Part shown: one piece after another, positions 38,904 to 49,319 of the stretch
How positions within the stretch are numbered: the stretch's first letter is position 1
Layout: each line of letters starts with the position of its first letter
NCBI RefSeq assembly: GCF_964194155.1
Contig: NC_135891.1
Coordinates: 93,744,001-93,808,000, forward strand
Reading direction: 5' to 3'
Length of the DNA stretch: 64,000 bases
DNA from: Cetorhinus maximus
Lineage: Eukaryota
Program-made: the position numbers and the translations under genes
Notes under the pieces: generated by a model
Databases searched by the model: none
What the model was told of the DNA's origin: nothing
Seen by the model: the letters and a program-made list of their open reading frames with translations, nothing else

Positions 38904-40099
38904 ATGGGAGTTGAACTGTCCACTGGAGGAACCTCCTCTGAGGAGGAAGGGAGGGCTAGAAGGAGGAGGAGGCCAGGAGTGGACATTCAGCCTCCAGGGG
39001 AGCCACCTTTGGGAGGACAGACACAGGCACAAAGGGCACAGGGCCAAGAGGTAGACCAAGGCGCAAGGGGCCGCAGAAGACGCCACTATCCGGCTGCCAG
39101 GGTATACAGGCAGCGAAGCAGCTACCTCAATATGTCTGAGGTGCAGTGCCGAAGGAGGCTCCGTCTCTCAAGGGAGACAGTCAACTATATCTGTCAGATG
39201 ATTGGGCCTGAGATCTCCCCTAACTGTGTGGGTGGACACCCCATGCCAGCGGCTCTGAAGGTCACAGCTGCCCTCAACCTCTATGCCTCTGGCTCCTTCC
39301 AGGGGTCGGTGGGTGATCTTTGTGGTGTCTCCCAAACAGCTGTCGACACTTGTGTCAAGCAGGTTACAGATGCTCTGTTCAGACGGGCATTGACCTTCAT
39401 CCACTACCATTGGGACCAGGCAAGTCAGACACAGCGAGCCAGAGGCTTCGCGGCCATTGCTGGCTTTCCCCGCGTCCAGGGTGCAATAGACTGCACACAT
39501 GTGGCCATCATGGCGCCAGCAGGTGAGCCCGGTGCCTTCGTCAACAGGAAGGGCTTCCACTCCATGAACGTGCAGATAGTGTGTGATCACAGGATGCTGA
39601 TTCTACAAGTCTGTGCAAGGTACCCAGGCAGCTCCCACAACGACTACATCCTCAGGCACTCCCAGGTGCCGGGTCTTTTCAGTGCTCCAGCCCAGCTTGA
39701 TGGCTGCTGGGTGCCAAGGGCTATCCCCTCAGAAGGTGGCTCATGACGCCTCTCCGCCATCCAAGAACAAAAGCGGAGCAGCGGTATAATAGGAGCCACG
39801 CCTCCACAAGGGCTGTGGTGGAGAGAACCATCTGTCTTCTCAAGATGCGCTTCCGATGCCTGGACTGCTTAGGGGTCACACTCCAATACCCCCCAGATCG
39901 TGTGTCGGTGTTAGTGGTAGCATGCTGCGCTCTCCACAATCTTGCACTGGAAAGGGGGGACGCCGTGGCTGCGGCTGCACACGATGAGTCCAGCAGGGAG
40001 TCCGTGGATGAGCACGCACAGGGAAATGCTGAGGGGATAGACGCTGACCCGGGCATACTCCAGGGAAGCAGGGACACCCGGGAGGCTTTAATCCAATGA
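38904..40099 (+). pseudogene. Harbinger DDE transposase (HARBI1-like), frameshifted
   Basis: [73 protein letters not shown]. There is a frameshift at about 39700, and the expected LGDKGY reads LGAKGY. Confidence 0.9.
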
Positions 40100-40436
40100 A
40101 TCTTCAGCTAGCACACCACATATGGACGTCCAGGACAAGCTTAGGCTGCAGGCTCCATACTTGATACCCGAGTGCAAAATCTGCCAGGTTAGGAACAGTA
40201 ACCAAGGGCCTTGTTAATAAAGCTGAATGTCCCACAAAGCACTCATTACATTTTTGGAAACCATACACATGCAGAAGAAAAGAGGTACCCTCAGCCATGG
40301 TCACATGTCTGAATTTAATATCACAGGTAAAGAAACTTAAGCAAAAAAAATGACAAGGCTGTTCCAATTCAAAGCAAATCATAAAGACCTCATCTCGGGC
40401 CAACACAAAAGCACCAGTGATAAACCCGTGGTGTGC

Positions 40437-42592
40437 CTAAGGTGCCTTATGTTTACGTTTCTGGATGCAACGTCTTGGTGCTGCCCCCTCGCTGGGAGTG
40501 GCATCTGAGACAGCCTGCTGACTCTGCTGTCCTGTTGGCCTCGATGACCTTGGTGGATGTCCTCTGGCCCGTGGAGTCTGTGTTGGCCCCGCCTGGGAGG
40601 GAGCTGCCAGTTCCACAGCTGGCATCTCCCCAGTCGTCTCAGCCTCACCGGATGCAACGGTCACTGGGAGAGGGGCGGAGGAGCTGCCGCCCTCATCCGG
40701 ACTGCCCTGAGAGAAGCCCGCAGAGATGACAGGCAGCTGCTGCGCCAATGTGAGGTTGCTTCGGACCTCCCTGCTCACCGTGGATGGATGGGCACCAAGC
40801 TGGGAAAGTTGATGCCCAGACCATCTCCCACACTGGCACTGACCAACTGAGGTCAATGCCGATGTGAGGGCTTGCTGGTCAGACCCTTGATGGGTCTCCT
40901 GGAGGAGCCTCTCCATGAGAGTTGCCACTCTCTCCATTGAGGACGCATGGCGCTCGGACATGTGGCTGATTTCTTTGCCGATCGTCCGCATAGACTCCTT
41001 CCCCACGGAGACCTAGCCAAGCATAGCCTCATGTAGCTCCCGCACACCCGGCCGCATTTCCTGCCCCTGCTGCGTCGCAGACGACTCCAGAGGCACATCA
41101 TCAGGCACCGACTGAGCATGTGCCTGGTCTTCTGCAGTTCTCTGACTGCTGGCGCCATGGGCACTCTGTCTGCCAGCTCCTCCAGCGACTGTGAAGTGCC
41201 CTCTGCTGTGCCCCGGGACACTAGCCGATGTTCTAATTCCCACCAAGGTGCTAGTATCTGCGCTGGTGCCTGCCTGGCAGAGAAGGTGTGACGCTGGTGA
41301 GACCTCAGGCCCTCAGGTGTGAGAGGGGGCCTCTGCTGCTCCTCCTCCAGCCCTGCTCCGCTGATGCTGAAAGGAAGAACAAGGACATTGGATCAGTTAA
41401 CGTGGAGACAATGACAAAGTGCATCCCTGTCCCCTGGATCCTTCCATAAGCAATGATCAAGCCATGTTGCAAAATTAAATCACTTAACATTCAGCACTGC
41501 TATTGCTGTTGGGAGAACAATGGTGACCTCACTGCTGGGCATAAATACCTGGCTGTGGCACCCCAGCCTCACCGACACTCGTGGACCTGGGTGCATGATG
41601 GCACCTCTCCAAATCCAGGGCCTCCTGCTCAAACCAGCTGAGAATGGCTAACTGCGCCTGGCCACTGCCAGTCCTCACACGCTCTGCTGCGTTATGAGCA
41701 TTCTTCTCCTGAAAATGAGAGAAGAGCATTGATTTGTACAAATTGTACATGGCACGGCCTACCCCCAACCAGAGTGGGACATGTCAGGGCTCCTCACCCC
41801 GCTGCTGTTCCCCACCCCCCGACCTTGGTATTTTTTTTAGGCACCACATGGTATATCCTTCCATAGCAAGGAGGCGCAAGATGTGGAGTGCAGAGGGCAG
41901 CAGATGGTTCATTGCCATGCCACCTTGAAGTTCCCCTCCCAGCATGTCATCACTCTGACTTGGACATTCCTGCAGTTCCAGCACTGCGCCTAGGTGCAGC
42001 TCCTCCAGGTTGCCTCCAAGCCAGTCATGTGGGACTCAGTGTAACACATGCTGCGGGCGCAGAACCCATCTCTTCATCACCCTCTCAGGCTGACCTCGGC
42101 ATGGGCAATATCTTCTGGCCCACCCAGCAAAGGACACATGCTATCAATGATTCAATGCAGTTGCTACACTCAGACTTGTGCAGGGGTGTGCAGCAGGGCA
42201 GGGGGCCGTAGGGGGGAAAGCCAACCTGCTGGGTTAAGTGACCAATGCCAACACTGTCCTCACCCTTCCCAAGCGCAAGAAGTCGTTGAAGCGTCTGCGA
42301 CACTGGATCCAGGTGCACCGCACCACGTCGTGGGAGCTCACCACCTCCTCCCAGGCAGTTTTCATAATGTAGGGGGCCTCCTCCTTCTGTCCTGGGGAAG
42401 CAGCACCTCTCACCGTGCTGCCACCTCCTCGAGGAGGGCAGCAAGGCAGTCATCGGAAAAACGAGGGGCACGCGGCCTCCCCGCCCTACCTCCTGGCTTG
42501 GCCTGCCCCAGATGGCCTACCCTCTGGACTGGCCTACCCTCCGGACTTGCGTCACCTCCATTGCCCCTCTGCAGAGCCCTTCGTCCAGCCAT
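40437..42592 (-). pseudogene. Harbinger Myb/SANT-like DNA-binding protein gene, 3 exons, disrupted
   Basis: Exon 1 42592-42264 (RAPRFSDDCLAALLEEV, then in-frame stop, ..TWIQCRRRFND, GTGAGG donor). Exon 2 41708-41549 (EKNAHNAAERVRTGSG). Exon 3 41366-40437 (low-complexity tail). Confidence 0.8.
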
Positions 42593-43219
42593 TGTGAGCA
42601 GCCTTTCCAAGGCTGCCAGGCCTTCCTTTATACAGGCCGCCGGGTTGCCATTGGTCCCGGCGGGCTGAGCGCACCCGCCCACTCCCATTATGCATGGGAG
42701 TTGTGAAGTATGCTGGGCGGGCCTTAATTGGCCCGCCTGCATAAAATAGTGGTGCGGACCCGATCGCCGTCCACGCCCGCTCTGCCCCACCACCAGCCAG
42801 ACAATTCAACCCCATCTCTCTCTTTGGTCACAGTCTGAGGCTGAACCACACTGTGTGTAACCGTGCTATCTCATTTAACCCTATCCAAGACTACCTATTA
42901 CCGCCTCCCTAACATCGCCTGCCTCAGTCCATCTGCTGCTGAAAGCCTAGCCGATGCATTTGTTGCTTCCAGGTTTGGCTATTCCAATGCTCTTCTGGCC
43001 AGGCTCTCACTTTTCACCCACACTAAACTTCAACTCATCCAGAAACTCTGCCACCCCAATTTTAACTCACATCCAGTCCAGCTCACTCATCACCCCTACA
43101 TGGCTTCTTAGCTGGCAATGGTCTGTGAGTGGCCGAGAACACACACATCATGCAGTGGTTCACATCTTGCATTCCATGGTTCCTCCCATTGAAACTTTGG
43201 CTCTGACCAAGGAGGAGGA

Positions 43220-43340
43220 GGCCCGGGGGCCTCACTGCGCCTGCGCGCTGCTGGGCGCCCGGCTGGTCACGTGGGCGCCGCTGTCATCTCGCGGTATTTG
43301 GCCGGTGTCCCGGGTGATCCTGTCCTTGAGCCGCTCGGCG
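43220..43340 (+). promoter_or_regulatory. NDUFA11 CpG-rich promoter with NRF1-like site, E-box and TCTCGCG motif
   Basis: TGCGCCTGCGCG 43236-43247; GTCACGTGG 43266-43274; TCTCGCGGTA 43287-43296. Confidence 0.65.
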
Positions 43341-43419
43341 ATGGGTTACTGGGACTCGGCAGATGGCGAGGAATGTTTCAGCAAAACCTGGGAGACGACT
43401 CGGGCCGGGGCTGGCCTCG
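43341..43419 (+). CDS. NDUFA11: NADH:ubiquinone oxidoreductase subunit A11, exon 1
   Basis: MGYWDSADGEECFSKTWETTRAGAGL (YWD..DG..C motif); phase-1 G|GTGAGT donor. Confidence 0.9.
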
Positions 43420-43807
43420 GTGAGTGTTAGGCCAGGGATAGCGGGAGGGTAAAGGATAGTTACCGAGTTAGGGGGAGGGTAACTCAACCTCACCTTTATA
43501 TTTAATTGACCGGGGGGAGGGGGAATGAGAAATCATTTCGCACTGGATTGCTTTGCTTGAAGAAATGCTGGAAGCAGATTCAATGGTAATTTTCAAAGTG
43601 GAATTGGATAAATGCAGGGCCAGGGAGAGAAATCATGGGCCCTTCCTTCTCCCCTCCCCGCCCTTTAACCCTCACCCCCCGCCCCCCCCCCAAATGGTGC
43701 ATGATACCTTTACCCTTTCAACATTCACCATCAACTCATCAAACAATCACAGTTATAATCTCCATTGTTGGCATCTGCTTACAAATATCGTCTGATTATA
43801 TATGCAG

Positions 43808-46028
43808 ATAAAAGCAAAAAAACTGCGGATGCTGGAAATCCAAAACAAAAATAAAAATACCTGGAAAAACTCAGCAGGTCTGGCAGCATCTGTGGAGAGG
43901 AACACAGTTAACGTTTCGAGTCCGTATGACTCTTCAACAGAACTAAGAAAAAATAGAAAAGAGGTGAAATATAAGCTGGTTTAAGTTGGGGGGGGGGGGG
44001 GGGGGGGGTGAGGGGGAGGGGGTGGTGGGACAGGTAGAGCTGGATAGAGGGCCAGTGATAGGTGGAGATAGCCAAAAGATGTCAAAGACAAAAGGACAAA
44101 GAGGTGTTGGCGGTGGTGTATTAGCTAAGGAATGTGATAATAGGTGATATTAAGGGTAGAAAGCAGGACGAGCAAGGTACAGATAGCCCTAGTGGGGGTG
44201 GGAGGGATTGAAATAGGCTAAAAGGTAGAGATAAAATAATGGATGGAAATACATTTAAAAATAATGGAAATAGGTGGGAAAAGAAAAATTTATATAAATT
44301 ATTGGAAAAAAGGGGGATCGGAAAGGGGGTGGGGATGGAGGAGAGAGTTCATGATCTAAAATTGTTGAACTCAATATTCAGTCCGGAAGGCTGTAAAGTG
44401 TCTAGTTGGAAGATGATGTGCTGTTCCTCCAGTTTGCGTTGAGCTTCACTGGAACAATGCAGCAGGCCAAGGACGGACATGTGGGCATGAGAGCAGGGTG
44501 GAGTGCTGAAATGGCAAGCGACAGGGAGGTCTGGGTCATGCTTGTGGATAGACCGAAGGTGTTCCGCAAAGCGGTCACCCAGTCTGCGTTTGGTCTCTCC
44601 AATGTAGAGGAAACCGCATTGGGAGCAGCGAATGCAGTAGACTAAATTGAAAGAAGTGCAAGTGAAATGCTGCTTCACTGAAAGGAGTGTTTGGGCCCTT
44701 GGACGGTGAGGAGAGGGGAAGTAAAGGGGCAGGTGTTGCACCTTCTGCGGTTGCATGGGAAGGTGCCGTGGGAGGGGGTTGAGGTGTAGGGGGTGATGGA
44801 GGAGTGGACCAGGGTGTCCCGGAGGGAACAATCCCTGTGGAATGCCGCCGGGGGGGGCGTGAAGGGAAGATGTGTTTGGTGGTGGCATCATGCTGGAGTT
44901 GGCGGAAATGGTGGAGGATGATCCTTTGAATGCGGAGGCTGGTGGGGTGATAAGTGAGGACAAGGGGGATCCTATCATGGTTCTGGGAGGGAGAGGAAGG
45001 TGTGAGGGCGGATGCGCGAATGATGGGCCGGACACGGTTGAGGGCCCTGTCAATCACCGTGGGTGGAAAACCTCGGTTAAGGAAGAAGGAAGACATGTCA
45101 GAGGAACTGTTTTTGAAAGTGGCATCATTAGAACAGATGCGACGGAGGCAAAGGAACTGAGAGAATGGGATGGAGTCCTTACAGGAAGCGGGATGTGAGG
45201 AGCTGTCGTTGAGGTAGCTGTGGGAGTCGGTAGACTTGTAATGAATAATGGTGGACAGTCTATCAACAGAAATTGAGACAGAGAGGTCTCAAGAAGGAAG
45301 GAAGGGAAGTGTCAGAGATGGACCATGTGAAAATGATGGAGGGGTGGAAATTGAAAGCAAAATTAATAAATTTTTCCAGGTCCAGACGAGAGCATGAAGC
45401 AGCACCGAAGCAATCATCGATGTACCGGAGAAAGAGTTGTGGGAGGGGGCCTGAGTAGGACTGGAACAAGGAATGTTCCACATACCCATAAAGAGACAGG
45501 CATAACTGGAGCCCATGTGGGTACCCATAGCCACACCTTTTATTTGGAGGAAGTGAGAGGAGTTTTAGGAGAAATTGTTTAGTGAAAGAACAAGTTCAGC
45601 CAGACGGAGGAGAGTAGTGGTGGATAGGAATTGTTTGGGCATCTGTTCGAGGAAGAAGCGGAGAGCCATCAGACCATCCCGGTGGGGGATGGAGGTGTGG
45701 AGGGATTGGATGTCCATGGTGAAGAGGAGGCGGTTGGGGCCAGGGAACCAGAAATTGTTAATATGATGTCAGGTGTCAGAGGAATCACGGATGTAAGTGG
45801 GAAGGGACTGGACAAGGGGAGAGAGAATGGAGTCAAGATAGCTAGAAATGAGTTCCATGGGACAGGAACAGGCTGACACGATCGGTCTGCCGGGACAGTC
45901 CTGTTTGTGGGTTTTGGGTAGGAGGTAGAAGCTGGCCGTCCGAGGTTGGGAGACTGAGGTTGGAAGCTCAGGTGTGGAAGGAAGATCTCCAGAGGAGATG
46001 AGGTCAGTAACAGTCCTGGAAACAATGA
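43808..46028 (-). mobile_element. Penelope-like retroelement, 5'-truncated, with intact 3' end
   Basis: RT motifs (GVAMGTHMGSSYACLFMG, FLRYIDDCFG) and GIY-YIG ending SGLNIEFNNFRS-stop at 44349; 3' terminal repeat with HHR; 11-bp TSD tatatatgcag at 43797-43807 and 46029-46039. Confidence 0.93.
43906..43944 (-). ncRNA. Hammerhead ribozyme motif, CUGUUGA core variant
   Basis: Minus strand AGTT-CTGTTGA-A-GAGTC-ATACG-GACTC-GAAAC-GT-T-AACT, on the same strand as the Penelope ORF. Confidence 0.62.
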
Positions 46029-47012
46029 TATATATGCAGCATGGGCCATTAATATTGAGAGTAGCAAAGATATAATGCAGTGTTAGTTTGTGTACACCCT
46101 ATAGGTGATCCCAATGTGGCAATTAAACAAACCACAAAGTACACATTTTAGCTTAACAGCATCATGCAATATTGTTAATGTAACAGGAAAATGTCTCATT
46201 AGTTATTTATAACACTGCAGGTGATAACACTGATTTTGGTGACTGCCTCGTTGCAATATATGTACATGGTGATAAAAAATTCAAATTTGGGAAAAGCTTC
46301 AATACTTGCAAACCAGATTGCAAGATAACCTTTCAGGTTTTGTTTTCTGTGTTTTGACTACCTGTCTTGTATAGAAAAGAAAGACCATTTCCATGCTCCA
46401 GCTCACACTGTTTCATTGTTGGAGAGTTGTAGAAGGGAAAGAAGAAGAGAGTTGTTGGGGGTGGGTTTGTGGCTGGAGGAGGAGAGGGGATGGTCCCATT
46501 CACGTGCTGCTGCCTAAGCTCTCTCCTTTGTCCCTGGACAGACTGTCACAGCTACTCACTCACCTTGCTCAGGATATCTCTGTATCACTAGCAGTGAAGT
46601 TCCAATTCCCTGGGAGTGGTGAGTGCTGCAGATGTGGACAACAGCCGGGTCAACCCTGGCATGAAGCTGAGTGACTGCTCCTCCGGTCTTGCTCCAGCCT
46701 TGTTACCAGCGGAGACTCCCTGCTGTTCTTTCATTTTCTGATTCTTCTCTTTGGCCTCCTGGAGATGTTGTCACAAATCGTTTAGTGCAGTTGAAAGACT
46801 CCTGCAGGGTGGCCTTAACCTTTTGCTGTTGAAAACCCTGATGTTTTGTAATAGGTATACAAACAATTACGCCATCAGAAACGCTGTTCTGCAAATCTCC
46901 CCATTGCTGGTCCCTGAAGAATATTGGTTTCATTTTAATGTATATTTAAGTTCACAAACCCAATTACTTATCTGATTCCCTTGAAACTATAAACAGACTA
47001 GTTTCGATTCCA

Positions 47013-47187
47013 TCACTGGCCCTCTATCCAGCTCTACCTGTCCCACCCCCCCTCAACCAGCTTATATTTCACCACATTTCTATATTTCCTTAGTTCTGAT
47101 GAAGAGTCATACGGACTTGAAACGTTAACTGTATTCCTCTCCGCAGATGCTGTCAGACCTGCTGAGTTTTTCCAGCTATTTTTGTTT
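47013..47187 (+). mobile_element. Penelope terminal-repeat mini-element in NDUFA11 intron 1
   Basis: Perfect 14-bp TSD tagtttcgattcca at 46999-47012 and 47188-47201. Confidence 0.9.
47092..47130 (+). ncRNA. Hammerhead ribozyme motif with canonical core
   Basis: AGTT-CTGATGA-A-GAGTC-ATACG-GACTT-GAAAC-GT-T-AACT. Confidence 0.7.
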
Positions 47188-47382
47188 TAGTTTCGATTCC
47201 AGTTGTTTTAACTGCCCCCTGCCCCCAAAGGATACCTGCAAAAATGAAAGCCCAGGAAATCATTGCTGCTTTGTGTCTCATCCCTGCGTGTATTTCCATA
47301 TTAACTTTCATCCATCTCTAGCACACTGTTGCTGATGGAGATTATGGATGACGGAGGCTTTATTTCCTACCCTCCCTCTCAT

Positions 47383-47383
<1 letters not shown>

Positions 47384-47413
<30 letters not shown>
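47384..47413. repeat. (CT)n microsatellite
   Basis: Direct reading. Confidence 0.9.
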
Positions 47414-47416
<3 letters not shown>

Positions 47417-47677
47417 CACCAACCCCCCTCTCCATTGGCTTCACCATCTCTAAAAGTACGCTTCCTTTTCTGATCAGCCTTTTTTTTCCATGTTGTTGAG
47501 TGCATAAATCCTGAAGTAATTGGGTTTAAAAATAAAATCTGTATTCACTGAAAGTTATTAGAAGAATTTTGGAGGCCAGTGCACAAGAGGGAGAAGCAGG
47601 ATTTGTCTTTGGAGGAGCAGCTCTGCCTTTTCCACACCTGCTGTTGCTCCAATCACTGCTCCACTGTCAGTTCAACC

Positions 47678-47736
47678 TTTGGGCAGCTTCGTGATTGACT
47701 GGCTTAAAAAAAATCGGAATCACGAAGCTGCCCAAA
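47678..47736. repeat. Perfect 19-bp inverted repeat (hairpin)
   Basis: tttgggcagcttcgtgatt (47678-47696) / aatcacgaagctgcccaaa (47718-47736), with a 21-nt spacer. Confidence 0.9.
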
Positions 47737-48084
47737 TGTTGGAAGCAGCAGTGCAGCAACTCAGTGAAACTGACCTGAAAGACCGGCTTTAAAAAAAAAA
47801 TAGCAATTGTCAGATTTACAGTTCTGATTTTTTTTTAAAAGCTAGTTTGTCAGGCCTGAAGCTCTCACTGCTCAGTTTCCATTTACAAGAACTCCATTTA
47901 GGACGTCAAGCCTGGACTCCCCTAACCTCTGGTCCTGATGTTTTATACCAGATGCACCCCACTCCTGGGTCCTGGATAAATACATAAGGGGTAAAGAAAG
48001 CATTGCAGGGCTAAAGGGGGGTAGGGGGGGTCGGATTGGATAATTTTTTCAAAGACCTGGCAGACACAATGGGTTGAATTTTTT

Positions 48085-48400
48085 CTTTCATGGGATTTGG
48101 GTGTCACTGGCAAGGTCAGCATTTATTAGCCACCCTTAATTGCCCTTGTTCTACGTGTTTTCTAGGCCATTTCAGAGGACAGTTAAGAGTCAACCACATT
48201 GATGTGGGTCTGGAATTGCATGTAGGTCAGACCGGGCAAGGATAATAGATTTCTTTATCTAATGGACATTAGTGAACCAGATGGGTTTTTACAACAATCA
48301 GCGGTAATTGTCGCCATTACTGAGACTGATTTTATAATTCCAGATTTCTTAATTGAATTTAAATTCCACTGATTGTGTGCTGTCAGATTGCTTGTCCATT
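48085..48400 (-). mobile_element. SINE sharing its 3' tail with the 17840/54010 LINE family
   Basis: ttcatgggatttgggtgtcactggcaaggtcagcatttatt..aattgcccttg tail, followed by a non-LINE body. Confidence 0.6.
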
Positions 48401-48769
48401 ACCAGTCTAGGATGAATCAATGGTTACTCCAGCTAAACATCGTGAAGCCAACATCCTTCAGCTCCCATCACGTAGCCTGTATCCTTGCCATTGATTCCAT
48501 GCCACAGCCAGCCACTGTTTCAGCTGAACCAGATTGTTTACATCCCGACATCCTGCTCAACCCCAACCTCAAATTCCAGCCCATATCCTTATCATTGCAG
48601 AGGCTGTCTACTTCTTTCTCAACCTGTTTTTCTACCTCAGCCCATCTTTTACTGAAACCGTTACCTTTGCCTTTGTCACACCCAGGTGCAATTATTCCTG
48701 TACTTTCCTGGCTATTTGCCATCCTCAGTAAACTTTCACTCATTTGCCTGTATCCTATCCCACTCCAGC

Positions 48770-49020
48770 ATCCAGTGGCGAAATGTTTTCACTCTGGGGG
48801 TCGTGAGTCTTTGGAACACTCTTCCTGAAAAGGTGGTGGAAACAGAGTCTTTGAATATTTTTTAAGGCAGAGATTGATAGATTCTTGGTAAGCAAGGGGG
48901 TGATAGGTCATCGCGGGTAGGTGGGATGCAGATTTCAGGTTACTATAAGATCAGCCATGATCTTATTAAATGGCGGAGCAGACTCGAGGGGCTGAATGGC
49001 CTTCTGCTCCTTGTTTGTTT
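48770..49020 (+). mobile_element. CR1 3' fragment
   Basis: Reverse complement of the 7838-8245 type tail (cagactcgaggggctgaatggccttctgctcc). Confidence 0.75.
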
Positions 49021-49319
49021 GCAACACCTGTGCACTTCCTGACCTACATTTCCTCCAAGTCCTCAATATCTCAAATTTTAAATTCTCATGTTTCACTCCT
49101 TTCACAGCCTTGCCTCTCATTATCCACCCTTTCTCTATTCTTTTGTCTAAGGCCCCCAGTACATTCACCCCTTGCAAGCTTAAAACTGTATTGGGATCCT
49201 GGGAAGCATTCATACATGATGAATAGAATGTGTATCAATTAGATAGTTTTCAGACTAAAGATATTGGGTGGATTGATCAACTGAACCATGAAATGGTAGG
49301 GTAAAGTAAAGGCAAGTCT

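Larger units (their letters stand above)
38398..42812. mobile_element. Near-full-length two-gene Harbinger (PIF) DNA transposon inserted in an L2 fragment
   Basis: TIRs GGGCAGAATTTTC / GACAATTCAACCC; 3-bp TSD CAT at 38395-38397 and 42813-42815; convergent transposase and Myb/SANT genes; flanks (38160-38397 and 42813-43110) rejoin as an L2-type sequence. Confidence 0.92.

Noticed and set aside
38904-40099. Domesticated host HARBI1 gene
   Set aside because: It has a frameshift and a lost catalytic Asp, and it lies inside TIRs/TSD with a partner Myb gene, so it is a transposon copy.
43987-44030. G-rich tract as a special G-quadruplex element
   Set aside because: It is a length-variable homopolymer within the Penelope 3' UTR, also seen as poly-C near 10478-10497; homopolymer length is unreliable.
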